This document shows, piece by piece, positions 17,560 through 24,707 of a stretch of 40,000 nucleotides of DNA. The DNA is from Psychrosphaera ytuae (GTDB taxonomy: Bacteria > Pseudomonadota > Gammaproteobacteria > Enterobacterales > Alteromonadaceae), in assembly GCF_017638545.1 (NCBI RefSeq), contig NZ_CP072110.1:2571181-2611180 (forward strand), given 5' to 3'. The position numbers were made by a program, and so were the translations under genes. Within the stretch, counting starts at the first letter, position 1. Each line of letters begins with the position of its first letter. The notes under the pieces were generated by a model, which was not told the DNA's origin, did no database searches, and worked only from the letters and a program-made list of their open reading frames with translations.

Positions 17560-17831
17560 TTATATAAAGTTAAAGTGTACTGGCTCGAACCTGAACTGAT
17601 ATTCGGGCCGCGAGCCTAGGCTTAAACTGACAGGTAGAACAAGTCTGAGTTAGCACATATTATTGTAAGGCTTACTTGTGCCATTTTTAGCTATTTGAGA
17701 CATAGCTTTTTGTCATTGATCATGCTCTACCTCAGAACTAAGCTATCAGCGGCTTATAATTGTTTACTAAAATGTAAGGTGAAGCGGAGCGAACTTTAAT
17801 AAGTCCCGTGCTTAATGCGTTTGTTAGGGAA

Positions 17832-18653
17832 TTACTCCCCGGGATCAAATGTGTAATCTTCATAATACCTTAAGATTTTATAAAGCTTGGGAACCCCGCT
17901 TATAGTCTGAACTTCAATATCTACTACGTAGGCTAATTCATGCCATTGCTTATTAAAACTGTTATGTCCATGTAACATTGCTTCTTTTACTGCATTATTT
18001 TCAAAAATTACTTTAGTAGGATTCTTTCTAATAGCTTCAACAATTGCTTTGTCACCTGTTTCTGAGTTGGAATCAAACTTCGTTTGATACCATACAAGAA
18101 CTTTCTTTTTATGAATGTGATCGGCTGGCTCGTCTATGTTGGCAATTTTTCGATTAATAAAGTTTTGAGCTGCATTTGCTTGTTCAGAACTTAAGATCAA
18201 TTGATTAATAACGGTGGCGTTGTCACTAGCGGAAATAACTAATTGAGAACCTGCGTCTTTTGCAACCGGCTCAATAATATTTTTCCATTGCAAAAGATCT
18301 TTCTTAGTTAAATCCTGAGGTGGGTTTTTAGCCTTACCTAGAAACCAATCAATAATATTAGAAGCAGTTGCAACCCATTGATAAAGTGAACCTCCTTGCC
18401 AAAGAAGAGGAACAAGAGGCGCAGCTTTAGTGACCAATTCTACTACTATTGACCCAGATCGCACTTCTTTAATTAGAAGCTCACTTGATATGTCACAGTC
18501 TTCTGAAGACTCATGCTCAACAAACCGTTGAAATTGAGAACTAAGGTCCAACAATGAAACAGTTAAATCAGTCAAATTAACTGGCCTTTCATTATTAATC
18601 TTAACTTCTAGTTTTTTATCAAAATCGATGTCGATAGTATTCATTGGCTCCAT
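17832..18653 (-). CDS. Hypothetical protein, third gene of the SieB-like/Ntn-hydrolase operon (273 aa from ATG 18653; alternative GTG 18728 gives 298 aa)
   Basis: ATG 18653 is preceded by TGAGGT and a 6-nt spacer. GTG 18728 has no SD but lies 3 nt after the upstream stop. No recognisable motif and no Walker A. Confidence 0.6.
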   Translation of the reverse strand: MEPMNTIDIDFDKKLEVKINNERPVNLTDLTVSLLDLSSQFQRFVEHESSEDCDISSELLIKEVRSGSIVVELVTKAAPLVPLLWQGGSLYQWVATASNIIDWFLGKAKNPPQDLTKKDLLQWKNIIEPVAKDAGSQLVISASDNATVINQLILSSEQANAAQNFINRKIANIDEPADHIHKKKVLVWYQTKFDSNSETGDKAIVEAIRKNPTKVIFENNAVKEAMLHGHNSFNKQWHELAYVVDIEVQTISGVPKLYKILRYYEDYTFDPGE

Positions 18654-18731
18654 GCTTAACCTCAATAATGTTTGGTTAAAAGGGGGCTTAAGCCCGTTCC
18701 AGTCTGTACACCGGACAGTTTGAGTCACTTG

Positions 18732-19535
18732 TTAGGAAATATTGGTGTGTTTGACTATTTTCATGGTGTCTGGATCTAAAACACCGTATTCAGACTGTTC
18801 GTAGTCAAGCAGCGGCCTGCCACTAAGATTTATATTTCCAAAATCTTTATTGGGCCAGAAAATTGCAAAAGGCTTGGCATTGGAGTACTTATATATTTTG
18901 GTTACCTGTGGTGCCCCACCAATTTTATCGTAGGTATTCTCGCGCAACATATCTCGAAGCACCTCTAATGGCTCCATATCAAATCCACCCTCCTTTATTT
19001 TGCCTCTTTCTTTCAGCAACCTAACCAGGTTTTCCTTAAACGCGTCTTCGTAATCGCCTGTAATGGCGAGAAGTTTATCTTGATTTGGCCCGGTCCAGCT
19101 TCGAGAGGGCCTGAAGGTGAATCGTTTAATACTTGCGTCGTAATGTAATAACCATGACCGGAAAGCTCCTAATTTCCAAGACCAACCAGCTACTAAAAAA
19201 GTCGTGTCCGGTTCGTTCTTAAGTCCTACTGGCAAATCGTGAACGAGTGTAACCATGTTATTTAGTATGCGCAGTAGGTGACCTTTAAGATCTGTAATAT
19301 CCATTGCTCGGTTCAGTAATTTAGGATGTTGTGCTACAGCTGATTGCATTTGGAGCATTATTGGGTAGGCATACATTGTATCGCCTGCAAAACAAACTAC
19401 CACGTCATTTCTCGGGAGGATTCTGATTTTAGGGCAACAGTCCCAACGACAGCCAAAGCTCAGGCGGCTATCGGTAGCGACAATAAGCTCTTCGATCGAT
19501 TCTACTTTTCTTATCCATGCTAAAGATATAGTCAT
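18732..19535 (-). CDS. Proteasome-beta/HslV-like N-terminal-nucleophile (Thr) hydrolase-like protein
   Basis: 267 aa beginning Met-Thr. The blocks are MTISLAW, ELIVATDSRLSFG, CPKIRILPRNDVVVCFAGDTMYAYPIMLQMQSAV, TFLVAGWS, LLAITGDYEDAF and IGGAPQVTKIY. They align in order with the HslV blocks [58 protein letters not shown] and LIAIGSGGPYA. Equivalents of the Thr1/Asp17/Lys33 triad are present (T2, D22, K36). By-eye comparison only. Confidence 0.5.
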   Translation of the reverse strand: MTISLAWIRKVESIEELIVATDSRLSFGCRWDCCPKIRILPRNDVVVCFAGDTMYAYPIMLQMQSAVAQHPKLLNRAMDITDLKGHLLRILNNMVTLVHDLPVGLKNEPDTTFLVAGWSWKLGAFRSWLLHYDASIKRFTFRPSRSWTGPNQDKLLAITGDYEDAFKENLVRLLKERGKIKEGGFDMEPLEVLRDMLRENTYDKIGGAPQVTKIYKYSNAKPFAIFWPNKDFGNINLSGRPLLDYEQSEYGVLDPDTMKIVKHTNIS

Positions 19536-19567
19536 ATTTTGCCCAATTTAAACAGGTTGTTTTGCTT

Positions 19568-20065
19568 TTACTTAATCAGTTCAGGGTTCTTATTTAAATA
19601 ATCCCATGCCCATGGCTGAATGTTGTATGGAAACACATCGTGGTAATGAGCCAGGTTTGAAGCTCTTCGAATAACCATTGCTGCCTCTAACTCTTTTGCT
19701 ACACCATTAGAGTATTTGATTGAGGTTGTTCGCGTGTTCCTGTCTATATATTCAGATAATAGTTTTTTTTCTTCTACCGTAAGAGCATGCAAGCGTTGTT
19801 GATAACTTTTTAATTTGAAGTGCCATTTTATTTTTTGTGAAATCCATTTAAAAGCTGGGAAAATGCTCTCAGACAAAAGTACTGATATTGAAATCAGCCA
19901 AATTAGAGAAATCCATATTTGAAGACTATTTTTCGCTTCAATTAAAGCTAATTTATAAAGGAATTCATCCCCTGAAAAGAGTATTGTTGAGGTAATAACA
20001 CAAAGGATGAAAGCTTGTTTTCCAGACAACTTTAACCATTCGAATATTTGCTTAACGTCCATCAT
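19568..20065 (-). CDS. SieB-like (superinfection exclusion B family) small membrane protein
   Basis: 165 aa with a strong SD (AAGGAGAG). It has two hydrophobic helices (AFILCVITSTILFSG and IWISLIWLISISVLL). The C-terminal pattern LTVEEKKLLSEYIDRNTRTT..GVAKELEAAMVIRR..PWAWDYLNKNPELI is one I recognise from SieB-family proteins, from memory only. Confidence 0.45.
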   Translation of the reverse strand: MMDVKQIFEWLKLSGKQAFILCVITSTILFSGDEFLYKLALIEAKNSLQIWISLIWLISISVLLSESIFPAFKWISQKIKWHFKLKSYQQRLHALTVEEKKLLSEYIDRNTRTTSIKYSNGVAKELEAAMVIRRASNLAHYHDVFPYNIQPWAWDYLNKNPELIK

Positions 20066-20415
20066 GATCTCTCCTTAATGCATGACATTGTATTAACCGG
20101 GACTCATTTTAAGTCGTACGTTAAAAAAACTTTGCCCATTCATAAAAAATATAAGATGTTTTAACACTTTAGCTGAATTAATTCTATTAGTTAAAACCTT
20201 TGTCGGTGAAGAAACAGAGACTTCCTTATAAAGAACCTCACACCGTTTTCATTAATCTAATCAGCATTATCTTTGCATAAACCATACACATATGTATTCC
20301 ACAAACTAAAAGCTAACGACTCTATCGAAAAAATTAAGTGAAATGCTCGCTGTAGCTGCCTAATTTCACACATCCGGGTAATTGAAAATATTACGTCAAA
20401 ATTATACTAATACAT

Positions 20416-21921
20416 TTATTGTATTAATTTTCGTAGCTCTGCGATCTTTGACTTGTACATATTAATATCTTCATCTTTGAATTGACTTCCTGAACGGTCT
20501 AACCTTTCTGTCAGTTTTGCTATAGCGCTTTCAAACTCTATAAAGGATTTACTTTTCAGCTTACCGAACTTAAAAGCTGATTTGCTTATTTGAAACCCAA
20601 GTGACTTTGAAATTAACTCAGTTTTATTGAGAGCGTCGTTGAAACTTTTTTTTGCGGCTTTATCTGATTTAGTGCGAATAGGTGATAGTTGTGTAAACGA
20701 GTTAATTTTATTGCTTTTAGTTTTTGTCGGGGGCTCAATTAAATCATTTGATTTTTTAATTTCAGTTTTTGTTTCTTCTTGGGAAAGCACTTCACTTTTG
20801 GCTCTTTTAGACAATCTTTGTAGAACAATGTTAGTTTCAGTGGTTTCTGTTGAAGTTGATGGAGATGTTTGTAAAGATTCTCCTGACAGTAAAGTCAATT
20901 CGTGTTGTCTGTATAGTGCTAATTCTTCCTCATTCTGTAGCTGAATTTCTGCAATCAAAGCATTTACTTCATTAATATTTGGCTCGGGACTACTAGAAAC
21001 TTCTTGTTGGCTTTTAGCATCGATTAAGTCCGAGTCTATAACCCCTATGTCTACAGTTTTATTTGTCAGTTTTTTTTCATTCGTTAAGGTGAATTTGTTG
21101 AGCCAATTTCGCTCGGGGTTGTATCCGTTTTTGTTTGAGTCACCCTGGCCATCTTTGGTTTGATTGAATCCATATTTGTAGGTTTCAAATGTGTCTATGT
21201 ATTCAAGCTCTTTTGAATCTAATAAATCAATAGTCGTCTCTTCAACCAGCTCAAATGTTAGGTTGTTAGAGTATGGTTGTTTTGACAGCCATAATGTTTG
21301 CATTGCTGGATTATGATGAATTCCTTTTTTAAGGTCCCTTATATGTGCTTTTAAACGCTTTCCAACATTTTTCGATTGTCCTATATACGTTTTAAAATCT
21401 TTGCCGTAAATGCAATAAATGCCAATTTTGCCATTTAATTTATTGCAGAAGGACTCGAGGTTTCGCTTTGGGGCGAAAGATTTATTAGTAATAGGGTGTT
21501 TCGCTCTCGGTGATAATGGTGCAGAGATAGGCTTTTTTTTGTTGGTAGTTTTGTTGGGGGATTTGGTTGGTTTCAAAGGTGGCTGAGACTCTTCTGTTCC
21601 CAGATATTCAAAAACATTAATAAACGCCTTTCCTACCACGTAGGTTAGTGACGTTTTTGGCTCAATTTCACAATAGATGGAATCAAACTGATCAATATAC
21701 TCTTGATATAGTTCGTACTCTGCTTCGTCTATGAAACCGAGTAGTGTTCTACTACCCCAAACATACACGTTAGCTTTCTTCTGATTTTTATTGTTAGGGG
21801 TGATATAGCAACGAGTTTTTTTAGTATATAAATTATTAAACTCTGACTCTGTAAGATCCTGGACCTGTTTACACCATGTCGTGCCGTTAATTAAGAATGA
21901 TTTAGGCAGGTTGAACTCCAT
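20416..21921 (-). CDS. GIY-YIG nuclease-domain protein with an unknown N-terminal domain and a long low-complexity/coiled C-terminal tail
   Basis: 501 aa. Residues ~165-255 (coords ~21157-21429) read GIYCIYGKDFKTYIGQSKNVGKRLKAHIRDLKKGIHHNPAMQTLW...FELVEE...ELEYIDTFETYKYGFNQT. This matches the I-TevI/Seg-type GIY-YIG pattern: GIY, YIG, R, H-x-x-x-L-x-x-G-x-H-x-N, E, N. Residues ~110-160 and ~260-440 are K/S/T/P/E-rich low complexity. The last ~60 aa are amphipathic and coiled-coil-like. Confidence 0.7.
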   Translation of the reverse strand: MEFNLPKSFLINGTTWCKQVQDLTESEFNNLYTKKTRCYITPNNKNQKKANVYVWGSRTLLGFIDEAEYELYQEYIDQFDSIYCEIEPKTSLTYVVGKAFINVFEYLGTEESQPPLKPTKSPNKTTNKKKPISAPLSPRAKHPITNKSFAPKRNLESFCNKLNGKIGIYCIYGKDFKTYIGQSKNVGKRLKAHIRDLKKGIHHNPAMQTLWLSKQPYSNNLTFELVEETTIDLLDSKELEYIDTFETYKYGFNQTKDGQGDSNKNGYNPERNWLNKFTLTNEKKLTNKTVDIGVIDSDLIDAKSQQEVSSSPEPNINEVNALIAEIQLQNEEELALYRQHELTLLSGESLQTSPSTSTETTETNIVLQRLSKRAKSEVLSQEETKTEIKKSNDLIEPPTKTKSNKINSFTQLSPIRTKSDKAAKKSFNDALNKTELISKSLGFQISKSAFKFGKLKSKSFIEFESAIAKLTERLDRSGSQFKDEDINMYKSKIAELRKLIQ

Positions 21922-22155
21922 TCATGCTAAACATACTCCCCCATTGGAAGCAAATTGACGATCCTAACAAAAAAACATCATTTTAATTAATCTTTTAGCA
22001 AATAAAAGCCAAACTATTAATCTTAGCTTTATGGACCGTTGATCTCGGCTATTTGTTTTAAATAAATTTGAATTGGCATTAATTCAATTTGTAACGCGCT
22101 TTTTAGCTTATCTATTGAATTGATGCCAATAATCTAAGGGGACTGTAAGACCAAT

Positions 22156-23376
22156 TTAAAGAAAAGGCTCTATGACTTCAGATAGTTTTTGTAACGCTTT
22201 TTTTCTGTCATCAAAATAGTCGTGTCTGTTATAAACACCTTCAACACCCGTGATTTTGTGGTTGAGACACCGTTCTGCAATATCGCTAGGCGTGCCTAGT
22301 TCAGAAAGTAGACTTCTAAATGTTCGCCTAATATCGTGAATGGTAAACTTTTCAATGCCAGCCCGTATTAAGTAGTTGGGATAAGGTTGTTTTTTACTAT
22401 CTACTTTCTCTCCAAATAATTTAGACAATGCATGGTTTAAGGTGTCATCAGAAATGTATGCTCTTCGTTTGCTAGCTCTTCGTGCTGGAAGTAAGTAATC
22501 GGAACCGGCAGCTCTCACTTTCAATTCAATCAAAAATTTGATTGCTAAGTCTGAAAGTGGAATTTGAATTGCTGAACTTGTTTTATTTCTGTTCTCATCC
22601 AAACTCCAAACTTTATTCTCAAGATCAAATTCTTCCCATTTTGCTGCTGTAAGCTCTGTTTTTCTGACGCCCAGACAAAGTAAGAGAGCCATAGCAATAT
22701 AATTATCGCGGGTAAATATCTGTGATTGTTGACGGAATACTTCAAATGTCACTTTAAGCTCATCTAATGATAGGGCTCTCGTCCTACTTTTTTCAGTACC
22801 ACCAGCGTCTGATAATTCGAAAGCTGCAGCGGGGTTACCACCTTTTAAATCAAGCTTAATTGCGTGATTAAATAACTTCTTTAATAAACGAAGAGTTTTA
22901 TTTGCTATTGACGGTCGATTACTTTTGGCGACGGTTTGAATTATATCTCTAATGTCTCTGGCATTAACACGTTCAATAGCAAGCTCACCAATATATGGTT
23001 TAACTTCGTTTTCGTAATATCGTTTTTCTATATGAGGATATTTTAGCTTTCCTGAGCGGCCATTGAACCAATCTTCAAATAATTCATTTACAACCCTAAT
23101 TGATTGAGACTTACCTCTGACTTTTTCAGCTAAAGGATCTATGCCTTCTCTAACTTGCTGAATTATTAAAGCGGCTTGGAGCTTGGCTATAGCTAAGCTC
23201 ATTGCAGGGTAAGCCCCGCCAGCAATTCGCATAAACTTTCTTTTTCCATTGATGCTGTAACGAACTTCCCAGTAAGCCTTTCCTAATGTTTGAACTCTAA
23301 TGTAAAGGTTATCAGCAACAGCCTTTCTTCCTTTGGTCTCTGATTTTATAAAGGCTTTAATTTGTTTATCGTTCAT
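22156..23376 (-). CDS. int: P4-type tyrosine integrase
   Basis: 406 aa. The N-terminal DUF4102-like arm-binding region is LYIRVQTLGKAYWEVRYSINGKRKFMRIAG. Catalytic-domain motifs are LLCLGVRKTEL (Arg), FTIHDIRRTFRS (H-x-x-R) and GVYNRHDY (Tyr). Confidence 0.92.
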   Translation of the reverse strand: MNDKQIKAFIKSETKGRKAVADNLYIRVQTLGKAYWEVRYSINGKRKFMRIAGGAYPAMSLAIAKLQAALIIQQVREGIDPLAEKVRGKSQSIRVVNELFEDWFNGRSGKLKYPHIEKRYYENEVKPYIGELAIERVNARDIRDIIQTVAKSNRPSIANKTLRLLKKLFNHAIKLDLKGGNPAAAFELSDAGGTEKSRTRALSLDELKVTFEVFRQQSQIFTRDNYIAMALLLCLGVRKTELTAAKWEEFDLENKVWSLDENRNKTSSAIQIPLSDLAIKFLIELKVRAAGSDYLLPARRASKRRAYISDDTLNHALSKLFGEKVDSKKQPYPNYLIRAGIEKFTIHDIRRTFRSLLSELGTPSDIAERCLNHKITGVEGVYNRHDYFDDRKKALQKLSEVIEPFL

Positions 23377-23389
23377 ATCACTCCGTGCT

Positions 23390-23461
23390 GGTGGTTACTA
23401 ATTTTACTTTTTATGGTTTTAGGTGGTTACCATTCTTTTTAGTAACCGATTTAGTAACCAC
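23390..23461. repeat. Array of four GTGGTTAC-type motifs (two direct, two inverted) just upstream of int: candidate integrase/Xis arm-type sites or int operator
   Basis: GGTGGTTAC occurs at 23390-23398 and 23422-23430. GTAACC occurs at 23443-23448, and GTAACCAC (the reverse complement of GTGGTTAC) at 23454-23461. All lie within 72 bp between the int start codon and the yicC terminator. Confidence 0.5.
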
Positions 23462-23502
23462 TAAATAGTTAACTTAGGGAAACATTGCAGAACACTATAT
23501 AA

Positions 23503-23530
23503 TAAAAAACCCCGCAAATGCGAGGTTTTT
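23503..23530 (-). terminator. Rho-independent terminator of yicC (bidirectional hairpin)
   Basis: The minus-strand RNA is ACCUCGC-AUUU-GCGGGGU (7-bp stem including one U-G pair) followed by UUUUUUAUU. It lies ~40 nt after the yicC stop. A T-run also follows it on the plus strand. Confidence 0.75.
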
Positions 23531-23566
23531 CAGGGTTTTATATATTTCTGGAAACAGGTAGAAACG

Positions 23567-24430
23567 CTACTCTATGTTTTGGATCTGCTCTCTCATCTGC
23601 TCTATCAACACCTTCAATTCAACCGCTGCGTTAGTGATTTCTGCACTGATTGATTTAGATGCTAGGGTGTTGGATTCGCGATTAAACTCTTGCATCATGA
23701 AGTCGAGACGTCGACCGCAGGCGCCGCCTTTTTTCATGATTTTTTGAGTTTCGCTGACGTGTGATTTTAGTCGGTCGATTTCTTCGGCTACGTCGGTTTT
23801 TTGGGCCAAATAAATTAGCTCTTGTTCTAGGCGTGCTTCGTCGATATCGACTTTGGCTTCGGCAAGTTTATTGGTGATGCGCTCTTTTTGCCAAGTCATG
23901 ATGGCTGGCATGTGTTCTTCGACAATGGCCGCTTGCTCTAAGATCGCATCTAGGCGTGTTTCGATCATGGTTTTGAGGTTGGCTCCCTCGCTAGCACGTG
24001 CTTCGATGAAGTCACGGGTTAAACCGTCAAAGCCGGCCATAATGGCTTTTTGGATCTCGTCCATGTCGGTTTCTTCGGCTTCCATCACGCCTGGCCAGCG
24101 CAGGATATCCACTGGATTTAATTCACCGCCTGCAGCTTCGTTGCTGACCCAATTGGCGCTGTCGATAAGTTGTTTGGCTAATGATTTGTTGATGGTGAGT
24201 TGGCTCACAGCGGCTGGGTTAGCAGTGTATTTTAAGAAAACTTCGACCTTACCGCGTTGTAATTTTTTGCGAAGGCGCTCGCGAAGAACTGCCTCTAAAG
24301 AGCGAAATTGCTCCGGCAGTCTGATGTAAGTCTCTAAGTATCGTTGGTTTACAGAGCGGATTTCCCACACTGCTGTGCCCCAATCGCCTTTTACTTCACT
24401 TCTGGCGTACGCCGTCATACTTTGGATCAC
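23567..24430 (-). CDS. yicC: YicC-family protein (stress-induced endoribonuclease YicC)
   Basis: 287 aa. MIQSMTAYARSEVKGDWGTAVWEIRSVNQRYLETYIRLPEQFRSLE is near-colinear with E. coli YicC (MIRSMTAYARREIKGEWGSATWEMRSVNQRYLETYFRLPEQFRSLE). Confidence 0.93.
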   Translation of the reverse strand: MIQSMTAYARSEVKGDWGTAVWEIRSVNQRYLETYIRLPEQFRSLEAVLRERLRKKLQRGKVEVFLKYTANPAAVSQLTINKSLAKQLIDSANWVSNEAAGGELNPVDILRWPGVMEAEETDMDEIQKAIMAGFDGLTRDFIEARASEGANLKTMIETRLDAILEQAAIVEEHMPAIMTWQKERITNKLAEAKVDIDEARLEQELIYLAQKTDVAEEIDRLKSHVSETQKIMKKGGACGRRLDFMMQEFNRESNTLASKSISAEITNAAVELKVLIEQMREQIQNIE

Positions 24431-24707
24431 ACAATCACCTTTTTTAATTAAGCACGGAATGAATCCGTTTTTACGATTTTAGCTATTATAGCGACTAGTT
24501 TAGTAACATATAAAACATTTATACAGGCGTTTTGACAACTTTATCTTGTTGTTTGAATTGCAAATATTGTTATTGAGCATTGGGGTTTTGACAATTTGAT
24601 AGTGTTTGTATACAAAGTGAACAGTAATAGTTCGATAGAGTTACCACCGAGAAGCTGGTGAGTTTAGGTGGTTTAGATAAGTTTTAATCGTTCGGAAGAG
24701 GTGTGTC

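Larger units (their letters stand above)
10746..23460 (-). mobile_element. Putative ~12.7 kb integrative element (CP4-57/P4-satellite-like): int, alpA x2, yagK/yfjJ-like, terS/terL-like, cargo genes
   Basis: A P4-type tyrosine integrase sits at the right end next to a GGTGGTTAC motif array. An imperfect 21-nt direct repeat occurs at both proposed ends. The gene content is typical of AlpA/YfjJ-type islands, and the sequence is AT-rich. The left boundary is hypothetical. The island could instead extend left past base 1 and include the R-M operon. Confidence 0.45.

Noticed and set aside
17582-17616. Inverted repeat GGCTCG...CGAGCC after the secreted-protein gene, considered as a terminator
   Set aside because: It has only a 6-bp stem with a 23-nt loop and no U-tract.
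20627-20944. 105-aa plus-strand ORF
   Set aside because: It is antisense to the low-complexity tail of the GIY-YIG gene.
21922-21960. Mini-ORF (MFSMNGVQPA) with GGGGGAG upstream of the GIY-YIG gene, considered as a leader peptide
   Set aside because: The SD-to-ATG spacing is too short (1 nt), it is only 10 codons long, and there is no supporting structure. It is probably chance.
23377-23566. tRNA or tmRNA gene expected next to a P4-type integrase
   Set aside because: I could find no cloverleaf-compatible sequence or conserved T-loop (GTTCGAATC-like). Only the motif array and a terminator are present.
23853-24329. 158-aa plus-strand ORF
   Set aside because: It lies entirely antisense to yicC, whose identity is unambiguous. 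Its composition is Ser/Ala/Met-rich and typical of a shadow frame.
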